Source of the DNA: a virus | IMG/VR virus record: IMGVR_UViG_3300018424_003600 | Location: 1 to 64,000 of that record | Reading direction: 5' to 3' (one strand) | DNA: 64,000 bases | Shown here: piece after piece, positions 28,368 to 37,290 of the stretch | Layout of the letters: every line of letters begins with the position of its first letter | How positions within the stretch are numbered: position 1 is the stretch's first letter | Notes under the pieces: generated by a model | Told to the model about the DNA's origin: nothing | Seen by the model: only the letters and a program-made list of their open reading frames with translations | Databases searched by the model: none | Made by a program: the position numbers and the translations under genes

Positions 28368-29297
28368 TTACAACTTTTCTATAAATCTTTGATGGTCTGT
28401 TCTAGCAGGATGTTCATATACTTCTTTAAAAAATTTACTTTGATCTTTATCAAGTGGTGCTGCTGCTATAGGTAATTTGAGCTCACTTACTAGTTGCTGT
28501 CCTAATACTACAGTTTCTTCTAATAATGTATCATTGGTGATTTTCTTTGAAACAGTATTATCCCAATAATTATTAAGATATTCAAAGTCACGAACATTAA
28601 CATAATCCCAGTCTGTACACATAGTTTTATATAACCCTTCTCTAGCACCATATATAGCCCAAAGCCCGTTAGTAACATCAGAACCTACCATACTCCAAAT
28701 GTACAGCCAATGTAGGCAACGCCAATGATTATTTTTAAATTCTTCTTTAGCAATTCTTACACCACGATCAGTGGCAAGTTTTACTCCTTCTCTAAATCCT
28801 GCTCTCCAAGCCTGTGCAGGTGTTTCATTATTATATACATCAGAATATGTACTGTTCATTTGTATGTAATGAGCGTCCCAACAAAAGTCTACTTGGGCAT
28901 GAGCATTATTTGGATCTGCATTTTCATGAGTACGCATACGTAAAACATATTGTTTAGGCCAACATTTAAGTCCACCATTGCCATAACGCAACCCGTTGAT
29001 TTCGTTTCTGCCGCACCAACTTATTACAGCATTTTCTAAATCCATGTGTTCGTTAAAATCAATTTCTTGGTTTAAAAAATCTTCCCTAATCCTATTGTCG
29101 CCGTCAACAGTAATAAACCGCTCAGTTTCTGATAATTCAGCACAAGCCTTGTGTGCAGCATCTGAACCTTTTACTCCGTGTACACGCTTTGCCCAGGGCA
29201 CTTTTGAACACAAGTCTGCGTAATTTTTTTCTGCATTTGGTTCATCATAACTTAGATAAATTATGTCGTAGTCAATAGGTTTAAAAATTTTTGACAT
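28368..29297 (-). CDS. putative glycosyltransferase (GT-A-like, DxD)
   Basis: 'YDIIYLSYDEP', 'GVKGSDAAH', 'VDGD', 'YGNGGLK', 'AWRAGFREGVKL'. Confidence 0.6.
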   Translation of the reverse strand: MSKIFKPIDYDIIYLSYDEPNAEKNYADLCSKVPWAKRVHGVKGSDAAHKACAELSETERFITVDGDNRIREDFLNQEIDFNEHMDLENAVISWCGRNEINGLRYGNGGLKCWPKQYVLRMRTHENADPNNAHAQVDFCWDAHYIQMNSTYSDVYNNETPAQAWRAGFREGVKLATDRGVRIAKEEFKNNHWRCLHWLYIWSMVGSDVTNGLWAIYGAREGLYKTMCTDWDYVNVRDFEYLNNYWDNTVSKKITNDTLLEETVVLGQQLVSELKLPIAAAPLDKDQSKFFKEVYEHPARTDHQRFIEKL

Positions 29298-30601
29298 TAC
29301 TCAAGTACCTCATGTGTATAATGATTAAAATACTTTGATGTATATACGCTTACTTCATCAGTTTCATAGTCTGATTCAAAATCAAAAGAAACTGTAGATT
29401 CCAATATTTCTTTTAGTTTAAAAGACAAACTTCTATACAAAACATTAGGATTGCTAGGAGAAGTTACACTAAAATAAAGCATAGAATTAGAATTAGCAAA
29501 TGAAGTTTTTAAAAACTTTTTAGTTAATGGATGAAGTGCAATGTTCCACTTTTTGTTTATTTTATTTTGTGTTAGTACAATATCTACATCTATAGCCGAC
29601 TGTATTCTATATAATTGTCTTTCTAATAAAACTAAACTTCCGTTTTTAAGTTCTTCAATGTTTGTAAATTTAACATTATCTTTTAAATTTTCCCCGTGTA
29701 CAATATTGTTGTTAGAGGTATAATAAAATTGTGTTATTCTATCAGTTGAGTAATTTTCAAATTCAGTAGTGCTATCTTTTTCGACAAACATATAAAGACT
29801 ATTATTATCTAAAAATAGTTCATAATTATCAACATTTTCAAATTCTAAGTCTTTGTTTTCGTCATCATATAACTTTACATTTTTTTCGACTAAAGTAGCA
29901 TTGTTTGTTCTAAACTTACTACCTTTGCGTTGATTCTTTTTAATTTTATAAACTTTGTTGTTTATAAAAATATGCTGACCTTCGTAGTGTTCAACATCGT
30001 CGTACCAAACATCAACATTTACTCCTACATACTGCTGTTCTTTAACAATCATTTTACCAGTATTAATTTCGTGCGTAGGTGTAGGTACGTCTGGAATATA
30101 TACATCTTTAATATATATTCTACTGATATTTTCTAAACTAGAAGCAGCCTTTACATCTACATTTAAAATGTAAACATTATTGTCAAACCATACAAAATTA
30201 CCTTTGTTATATTTTTCTCCTTGTTTCCAAATAAAAACATCAATACCTTTATACTCTTTTATAAACTTGTATAACGGATTTATATTTGAAAACTCAATCT
30301 TAGGAAGTTCGTAACAAAAATTACCAAGAGAATTTGCTGCTAGTTCAGCATTTATTTTTTTCAAACGAGTTTGCTTTTCGACTATGTCGTAAATTACTGT
30401 ATATTCGTCAATATTTGACTCACCATTTAAAATAGGTTTAGCATCATATATAGGAACAGCTAGTACATCATATTCGCTATCTTCTTTTGTGCCACTAACT
30501 TTGTGTATTTTTCCAGTTGCTTGGTCATAATACACATATGCATCATTTGATGCTGCTTTTACTTTTAAATTAGTTATTAGTTCAGCTAGATTAGACGCCA
30601 T
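29297..30601 (-). CDS. hypothetical protein with two CBM5/12-like aromatic repeats
   Basis: 434-aa ORF; repeats 'YKGIDVFIWKQGEKYNKGNFVWFDNNVY' and 'YVGVNVDVWYDDVEHYEGQHIFINNKVY'. Confidence 0.55.
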   Translation of the reverse strand: MASNLAELITNLKVKAASNDAYVYYDQATGKIHKVSGTKEDSEYDVLAVPIYDAKPILNGESNIDEYTVIYDIVEKQTRLKKINAELAANSLGNFCYELPKIEFSNINPLYKFIKEYKGIDVFIWKQGEKYNKGNFVWFDNNVYILNVDVKAASSLENISRIYIKDVYIPDVPTPTHEINTGKMIVKEQQYVGVNVDVWYDDVEHYEGQHIFINNKVYKIKKNQRKGSKFRTNNATLVEKNVKLYDDENKDLEFENVDNYELFLDNNSLYMFVEKDSTTEFENYSTDRITQFYYTSNNNIVHGENLKDNVKFTNIEELKNGSLVLLERQLYRIQSAIDVDIVLTQNKINKKWNIALHPLTKKFLKTSFANSNSMLYFSVTSPSNPNVLYRSLSFKLKEILESTVSFDFESDYETDEVSVYTSKYFNHYTHEVLE

Positions 30602-31433
30602 TATAACTCCTATAACTTTTTAAAACCGGTGTTTTTTCAATAAAACTATTTTCTGTATAATGAAAAATTCCTGATTGTATATAGTTGCCTATTTGTAATT
30701 CGCAGTTTTCTGTCGTATATACTGGTATCTTATCTTGCCAACTTGATTTAACTTGTTCCCATCCTTGACAATATGGTTTCATATGTACAAATGTTGGAAA
30801 ACTAGTTTTAGAATTTGTGATTTCAGTTTCACAGTCTAAAATTTTAGTAACAATTGCTGCACAAACATCGATACTTACATGTTTGGGTCTAGTTTCTGGT
30901 GTAAGATTTTTTTCGTAAAATGCTTCCCAGTTTTGTATTACAAGTTCTAGCCATGTATAAAATTCTTGTGCAAAATCTGATTTTTTAAAGTAATGAAATC
31001 CTGCAAACAAATTAGGCAAATTATTATCAATAAATGTTTTTCTATAATAACTAGTGTTTGCAGTGTTTCCTCTATAGTCTAGTACTTTGTTTGTAAAAAA
31101 TAGCTCATAGTTCGATAAGAAGTCCCACCATCTATCAATGTTTTGTAAAACTAGCATATCAGTATCCATTACAATAGTTTCATCATATGGACTAGCATGA
31201 TAGATTTTCCAACGATTTTCTACTTTCCATTCACTTTCTTCAGCAGCGTCTCCAAAAGGGATCGGAATAATGTTATCAAAAAACTTTTGGTAATTTAAAG
31301 GAACATCGTCATCAGTAATAACTGAAATTTTAGTTTCTTTATTGTGTGTTTGTAAACTCATTGCTAACAAACATGCTTGCATTACATAATCTGTTTCGCC
31401 GTTTTGTGCTAGAACAACTATACCTTTACTCAT
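30591..31433 (-). CDS. putative glycosyltransferase (GT8/mannosyltransferase-like, DxD)
   Basis: 'KG..V.A.N...DY', 'SPYDETIVMDTD', 'HMKP', 'FHY'. Confidence 0.65.
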   Translation of the reverse strand: MSKGIVVLAQNGETDYVMQACLLAMSLQTHNKETKISVITDDDVPLNYQKFFDNIIPIPFGDAAEESEWKVENRWKIYHASPYDETIVMDTDMLVLQNIDRWWDFLSNYELFFTNKVLDYRGNTANTSYYRKTFIDNNLPNLFAGFHYFKKSDFAQEFYTWLELVIQNWEAFYEKNLTPETRPKHVSIDVCAAIVTKILDCETEITNSKTSFPTFVHMKPYCQGWEQVKSSWQDKIPVYTTENCELQIGNYIQSGIFHYTENSFIEKTPVLKSYRSYNGV

Positions 31434-32281
31434 AGAGGTACCTCATCAATAATTCTACCTAAACTAAATTTATTCATTACATGAATGTTTTGTCCTTTGG
31501 TTTTGATTGCAGTGTATTCTCCTAAATAATCTTTCTTTTCAACTAAAAACATCATTTCGTCATCTTGTAGTTTCCAAAGGATATCTTTGTCGGTTGTGTA
31601 AAGCATAGAACCCGGTAACTGAGATGCAAAACTTCCTGATTCAAAACCATTCATAATATGAATAGCAATACTAAATGCAAAGTCATTTCTAAAAAGTGAA
31701 GAATTAATTTGGTATGTTCGTTTGTAATGTGTCCATTCTTGCTCTATGTGTTGTACTAAATCAAAGAATATTTTATTAGTTGGTGTTTTTCTAAAAAACA
31801 CAACAGTTGCCCAATAAAAATCTACACTAGAATCAGTAATGTATTTGAATTCATTTTCATTTCTAACTTTTGCTATATCATTAGAATTTTTATAAAGAGC
31901 AAAATCTACATCTAGATCAAATACATTTGATAACATATTGTTAGACACAACATAATCAGTGTCCATTATAATAGTTTCGTCATAAGGAGAAAGTTCGTAG
32001 ACACTTGCACGATTACTATTCTTAAAACTTGCAGTTCTTTGAGACATAGCACCATCATGGAACAGCCTAGAGTTTGTTCCATCTGTCCAATCTAGTTCAA
32101 TTACAGTATCAAATATACTAGAATCAAAAGAACCTTTTAAATAGTCAACGCAATCTGTTGCTACTGTAGTAGGTAAATTTAAATATTTTTTTATTCTTTT
32201 TGCTAAAAAAACAGCCTGCTTAACATAGTCAATTTGTGAATTATTTTTGGCTATTAAAAATACACCTTTAGTCTTGCTCAT
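31430..32281 (-). CDS. putative glycosyltransferase (GT8/mannosyltransferase-like, DxD), paralog of 30591..31433
   Basis: 'KGV..IA.N....DY', 'SPYDETIIMDTD', 'RNDFAFS', 'HVMNK'. Confidence 0.65.
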   Translation of the reverse strand: MSKTKGVFLIAKNNSQIDYVKQAVFLAKRIKKYLNLPTTVATDCVDYLKGSFDSSIFDTVIELDWTDGTNSRLFHDGAMSQRTASFKNSNRASVYELSPYDETIIMDTDYVVSNNMLSNVFDLDVDFALYKNSNDIAKVRNENEFKYITDSSVDFYWATVVFFRKTPTNKIFFDLVQHIEQEWTHYKRTYQINSSLFRNDFAFSIAIHIMNGFESGSFASQLPGSMLYTTDKDILWKLQDDEMMFLVEKKDYLGEYTAIKTKGQNIHVMNKFSLGRIIDEVPL

Positions 32282-32624
32282 ATCCTACTAATTTTTCCAC
32301 TTTTCTATTTTTCTTAAGATTACTATATTCTGAATAATAATCGTTAGATGCACTAGAATACTTTTCAACAATTTCTTCTAAAAAATCTTCTAAGTTATCA
32401 ATAGAAGCAGGCAAGCCGTTGTCGTCAATTAATACCGTTGTATCTTGTCCTAGATTCAACATTGTACTACAAAAGGTTATAAGTTCTCTAGTTATGGTAA
32501 ATTGACAGCCGCTAAAAAAATGTATCAAATCGTCATTGTATTTTTCTTTGAGGAGACGCTTTTGATTGTTGAGTGTAGTCATATAGTTGGAAAAGTCAAG
32601 TGCTTTTTCTAAACGTTCATCCAT
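32268..32624 (-). CDS. hypothetical protein, first gene of the glycosyltransferase operon
   Basis: 118-aa ORF with CAGGAG RBS. Confidence 0.7.
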   Translation of the reverse strand: MDERLEKALDFSNYMTTLNNQKRLLKEKYNDDLIHFFSGCQFTITRELITFCSTMLNLGQDTTVLIDDNGLPASIDNLEDFLEEIVEKYSSASNDYYSEYSNLKKNRKVEKLVGYEQD

Positions 32625-32697
32625 AGATTTCTCCTGTGTGTATTATATATTGTGTGGAGCAGATTTTTAAAGTCAATCTGACTTTGCCATTTATATT

Positions 32698-32726
32698 ATA
32701 ATAACACAGGATTTAAGAAATGTCAA
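32698..32726 (-). promoter_or_regulatory. sigma70-type promoter (TTGACA-17 bp-TATTAT, extended -10 TG)
   Basis: Minus strand reads ttgaca tttcttaaatcctgtgt tattat, upstream of the leftward modification operon. Confidence 0.6.
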
Positions 32727-32729
32727 GGA

Positions 32730-35700
32730 TTAAGAAGCCCAATAAATTAAGGTACTTGCACTTACTGAATTTCCATCGTTGTGTGTATAAGTAACTGTTA
32801 AATTTTCGTAAAAGCCTTGAGATTTTGTACCGGCTCTCCAAGTTCCAGTTACAGTGCCGTCAGTAACTTGAGATCCATTAACGCTAGTAAGTGTAGTATT
32901 TGCGCCGCTTTCGCTCCACGTTCCTACTCCATTAGGTAATGCACTACCACCTGTGTCGTAGGCTGTGAGAGTAATACTAAAGCTACTTCCGCTAGTTACT
33001 ATAATATAACCAACACCAGGCAAGCCGCCGATACTACCAATTGTTGGTCCTGTTGCTGCATCAATTGTTGCATTATCTGTATCTAATGTGTCAGTACCGT
33101 GTGCTAGTACTGCTGTAAGTGAACTGCCTGGGTAACCTGCTGTATCAAATACTAATTGACCTGATGTACCATTACCCGATACAACCAATGTATTAAGATC
33201 ACGATACATATATGCTGTTACTGTAGTAGTTGTATTTGATGTTGACCAAATTGCAACTGCTGAATCACCTTCTTGATAAGAACTAGCATCAAAGTATATC
33301 TGTCCGCTGACTGTAGGCGGTGGTGTTGCTGTAACTAGAACACTATCAGTTGCTAAAGTTCCGCTATCATCTATTAATGAAAAACTCCAAGTACCTGCAG
33401 AACTAAGTGTTTGTGATAAACTTGACGGATTTAGCGTTGGGCTGAAGCTACCTTGAGATACTCCGTCTTTGAAATATTCAATATAAACATTGTTAGCATT
33501 TGAATAACTCCATGCTACTGTAAACGTGGTAGAATTCGCAACACCAGAACTTGGCGAAACTTGAATCGATCCGCTTGGTGGAGGATATCTCACTTGTAGT
33601 GTGTTTGATGTTGTAGAGCCGCCAATTGAACTAGTTCCTGATAAAGTTATATAATAGTCAATCTCACCGGTATGGACTTGATTAGATACGGTATAGTTTC
33701 CGCTCGAGTCAGCATTAAAAGTTACGCTAGTACCTGAAGTACTCCATGGCTGTCCACCTGGATACAATGTGCCATATACAGTAAGGATGTATGTTCCGTT
33801 TGGTTCAGCGTTTGTTAATGATACTGTATATGGCTCGTTAACTTCTACAGAGCTAGGACTTATAGTTAGACTAGGAGCATATGTAACTGTTGTAGAAGCC
33901 GAATCACTGCCTGCACTGTCAGATATAGATGCTGACCATGTACCGACAACATTCAACGGTCCAACAACCGAACCGGTGGCGTCTGTAGATTGTGCATGGA
34001 GGATGCCGTTTGGTTTATATAATGATGCAACAGTACCAGTACCATAAGAATTCCATGTAAGTGTAAAGTTATCTGAATTAATTGCGCCGCTGCTTGGTGA
34101 TAAACTAATAGTCGGCGGGTCTGCTGCAGGTGGATTAATTGTTTGTACAACTGTTATTGAACTAGGAGATCCAACTCCAAACGTAAATACATATGTAAAC
34201 GTTCCCCAGTCAGTGTGTACTCCAGATCCAGAAGCTTCTCCATTTGAGTCTAAAATAACGTTATTGTTTCCAGTGAATGGGCCTCTATCGTAAGTCCAAC
34301 TTATATTTACAGTATCTCCTGGAGTTCCCGAAACTGCTATAGTATATGTATCAGACTGCCCTGTTCCTGCTGCACCTGTGAATCCAATAGGATTTGGTGT
34401 GATTGAAGCTGAGTTTGGTCTATATCCGATAGTTGTTTCAACAGTATTTGCTGCTACAGTTCCGCCTGCGCCAGTAGCAGTACCGGATATTGCTACCGTA
34501 CCTACAGAATTTTGCGCAGGAATTGTTTGGGTTCCTGACGTAGCTGTTCCTGGAGAGGTTATTGAATTTCCGAGTACACCAACTATTACTCTAGTTGTAG
34601 ATGTTGCATTTGTTGCCGACCAACTAAAATCAAATGGGTCACCTATATATGCCGATGACGGTGCTGTAATAGTCATAGTCGGTGATGGTGCTGCTGAGCC
34701 AACATTAACAGTTTGTGAAGTTGTTACACTTCCTGCTCCGTTAGTTGCAGTAAGCGTATATGTAGTATTTGTTGTAGGAGATATTGTTGTAGCACCACTT
34801 GAAGCATTAACTGATCCAATTCCTTGGTCAATAGTAACAGTATCAGCATATTGTACAACCCAGCTTAGTGTTGTACTATCTCCTGATGTGATAGAACTTG
34901 ATCCTGCTGTAAAATATACTATTGAGGGAATATCAATAACAGTAGCACTATCGTTTATATTAACTCCGTCATAACTAGCTGCTCCTGCAATGGAGCCTCT
35001 GCCTGAGACTGTAATCGATACACTATTAGATCCTGTTTTAGAACCAGATGTATTGTTGATAGGACTACCTACTAAAGAATATCCGACTGATGCATTTGTA
35101 TCGTTTGGATCAAGTGTCCAATTAAATGTTGCTGTGTCACCTGAATTATATTGTGCTTGATCCCAACTAGCGGCAGTTAATACAGAAGCCTGAGATGTTA
35201 CTACTATTGTGTCTTCTACGTATGTTGCACCTTTTACTGACGTTAGTCCATTAGGATATCCATTTGGTGAAATTCTAACAGTCCATGTGCCTGTGAGTGC
35301 CGGAGTTGACGTAGCCGATCCTATTAAATCAGTACCATTTGGTACTCCGTACGTAATGCCATTAGAACCAATTATACTAACTATTGAACTAGTATATCCT
35401 CCAGCATTCCACGAATAGGTAACACTATTGTTAACTTCTACTGTACTTGCAGCATATGATATTGACGGTGCTTGAACTCCTTCAAAAGTAGTCGAATACG
35501 ATCCGTTGCCCCAAGAGTTAGACGTTGTAATATTTGCTGTGTATGTTCCTGTTCCTGTTGGTGTAATTGTTTCGTTGCCGGATGTAAGGTTACTACTAAA
35601 AATAGTAGTTCCGTTATGGTTAGTTACTGTAACTGTAGTTGTTGTGCCGCCGCCGGAAGTCCAAGAAAGTAACGTTGAACTTCTTGTGTCAACACCACTA

Positions 35701-37226
35701 TCATTAAAACTAATACTAGGCGTTGGAGGATCTTGTGTTGCTGCAACGTAGTGAGTTGCACTTACAGTGCCTGCCGCGTTTGATGCTGTTAGTGTATATG
35801 TAATGTTGTTTGAAATAGTTACATTTTCAGTACCTGTTGCGCCTGTAACTGTAACTGATGGCGATCCGTCATCTGCAGAAAGTATCAAAGTTGTTGCATT
35901 ACTAACATTCCACGATAATCCTATACTACTTCCAATTGTAGCAGAGCTTGCGCCGCCAAACGAATTAATAACAGGGGGTTGTACAACACTAACTGTTGCT
36001 GTTGCTGAGTCTGTTCCGTCACTGTTTGTAGCTGTTAGAGTGTATGTTGTTGATGATGTAGGACCAACAACTGTACTTCCACTAGAAGAATTAACCGTTC
36101 CGATGCCTCTGTTGATACTTGCACTTGTTCCATTTAATATAGTCCAAGATAATGTAGAACTGCTTCCACTTGAAATGCTGCTAGGTAATGCTGTAAAACT
36201 TGTAATAGTTGGCGGAACTGGAATTGTATTACCTAAAGGAGTAAGTAATGATCCAACCGGCGGAGTTGAAATAACCACAGTGTCATAATCAGTTCCATTA
36301 ATGTTAACTTGTCCATTTGGTAGTGCAACTTCTGCTATACTACTAAAGTCTCCTAGTACAGTTTCGTCAATTCCCCATGTTGTATTATTTGGTGCATCGT
36401 CTGTAAATGATGCTTTAAATTGTATTGTAGTTGCATTAACTTCTCTAGCAAATAATTCATAATCATTTCTAGTATAAACTGAGCCGCCTGTTTGACGGTA
36501 TACTTTTTGATATGCAGAGCCAAGTTGATAGTTTCCTATACTATAACCTGTTCCTGCGCCTGTACTACTAGAAGTTGCATTTGCTTTAAACGAAATAGCA
36601 CCCATAGCACTTAGTCTAGTTTGCCAGTCAACTGTTTTAGCTTGAGATCCTGTATATGCAACATTTGCACTACATCTAATTTGTCCGCCGGCATTAAAAA
36701 ATTCTTGTCTTGCAATTGCACTTGCAAAAGTAACTTGGAAAATATGGTTAATTGTTCCATTCCAGTTACCACTTACTGTATTATATCTTGTACTAGTTAT
36801 TACTGCATTTTGAGAATCTAGTAGTGCAGAAACACTTAGTTGTGTTGTTGCATCAACTAAAAATTTATCAGTATCAATGTCTGTTGCAAGAGACTCTAAA
36901 CCTTGCATATAAATTTCTTCAACTTTATCAGTATCTTCAAGATTTATATCGTAGTCGCCCACAACAAAGGGATTTATAGTTACACTAGAAGCACCTAATT
37001 GGTGTGCTCTAATACGGATTAAATCAATATAAAGATTTTCGTAATCTTCTGCTGAAATTTTATCAGCATCTAAAGGATCAGTTACTGATCCTGTACCAGT
37101 AACACTTTGAGTAGTAAATGATTGTCCATAACCGTATGTAGGCGTAACAGATGTTGAACTACCAAGAATCAAATTAACTTGATCTCTAAGAGTATTATAT
37201 CTATTAGCTAGAATTACAGTTGGCAT
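32730..37226 (-). CDS. virion structural protein: N-terminal domain paralogous to 37291..38241 fused to a long Ser/Thr-rich Ig/PKD-like repeat array
   Basis: Repeats 'P.I.SF.A..SSI..G.S.TLSW.......I..GIG.V....G......PT..TTYTLTATN..G'; TAAATA at 37252-37257. Confidence 0.7.
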   Translation of the reverse strand: MPTVILANRYNTLRDQVNLILGSSTSVTPTYGYGQSFTTQSVTGTGSVTDPLDADKISAEDYENLYIDLIRIRAHQLGASSVTINPFVVGDYDINLEDTDKVEEIYMQGLESLATDIDTDKFLVDATTQLSVSALLDSQNAVITSTRYNTVSGNWNGTINHIFQVTFASAIARQEFFNAGGQIRCSANVAYTGSQAKTVDWQTRLSAMGAISFKANATSSSTGAGTGYSIGNYQLGSAYQKVYRQTGGSVYTRNDYELFAREVNATTIQFKASFTDDAPNNTTWGIDETVLGDFSSIAEVALPNGQVNINGTDYDTVVISTPPVGSLLTPLGNTIPVPPTITSFTALPSSISSGSSSTLSWTILNGTSASINRGIGTVNSSSGSTVVGPTSSTTYTLTATNSDGTDSATATVSVVQPPVINSFGGASSATIGSSIGLSWNVSNATTLILSADDGSPSVTVTGATGTENVTISNNITYTLTASNAAGTVSATHYVAATQDPPTPSISFNDSGVDTRSSTLLSWTSGGGTTTTVTVTNHNGTTIFSSNLTSGNETITPTGTGTYTANITTSNSWGNGSYSTTFEGVQAPSISYAASTVEVNNSVTYSWNAGGYTSSIVSIIGSNGITYGVPNGTDLIGSATSTPALTGTWTVRISPNGYPNGLTSVKGATYVEDTIVVTSQASVLTAASWDQAQYNSGDTATFNWTLDPNDTNASVGYSLVGSPINNTSGSKTGSNSVSITVSGRGSIAGAASYDGVNINDSATVIDIPSIVYFTAGSSSITSGDSTTLSWVVQYADTVTIDQGIGSVNASSGATTISPTTNTTYTLTATNGAGSVTTSQTVNVGSAAPSPTMTITAPSSAYIGDPFDFSWSATNATSTTRVIVGVLGNSITSPGTATSGTQTIPAQNSVGTVAISGTATGAGGTVAANTVETTIGYRPNSASITPNPIGFTGAAGTGQSDTYTIAVSGTPGDTVNISWTYDRGPFTGNNNVILDSNGEASGSGVHTDWGTFTYVFTFGVGSPSSITVVQTINPPAADPPTISLSPSSGAINSDNFTLTWNSYGTGTVASLYKPNGILHAQSTDATGSVVGPLNVVGTWSASISDSAGSDSASTTVTYAPSLTISPSSVEVNEPYTVSLTNAEPNGTYILTVYGTLYPGGQPWSTSGTSVTFNADSSGNYTVSNQVHTGEIDYYITLSGTSSIGGSTTSNTLQVRYPPPSGSIQVSPSSGVANSTTFTVAWSYSNANNVYIEYFKDGVSQGSFSPTLNPSSLSQTLSSAGTWSFSLIDDSGTLATDSVLVTATPPPTVSGQIYFDASSYQEGDSAVAIWSTSNTTTTVTAYMYRDLNTLVVSGNGTSGQLVFDTAGYPGSSLTAVLAHGTDTLDTDNATIDAATGPTIGSIGGLPGVGYIIVTSGSSFSITLTAYDTGGSALPNGVGTWSESGANTTLTSVNGSQVTDGTVTGTWRAGTKSQGFYENLTVTYTHNDGNSVSASTLIYWAS

Positions 37227-37290
37227 CTACATCTCTCTTTTTTAATTATAGTATTTATTTAGAAAAAAATTCTAATAAATTACTATAGGA

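Noticed and set aside
4058-32624. Classical DNA hypermodification locus (5hmU kinase, amino acid:DNA transferase, DpdA, TET)
   Set aside because: No recognisable nucleotide-handling or DNA-binding signature genes, and late promoters plus tail linkage argue otherwise; not fully excluded without searches
4058-32624. Chimeric bacterial LPS/capsule locus inserted in the contig
   Set aside because: Phage-type late promoters lie inside the cluster, gene packing is compact and phage-like, and there are no wzx/wzy/ABC transport genes
33769-36821. Several 60-200-aa plus-strand ORFs antisense to the 1498-aa gene (and similar shadows elsewhere)
   Set aside because: Expected shadow frames of Thr/Ser/Gly-rich coding sequence; no RBS or independent motifs
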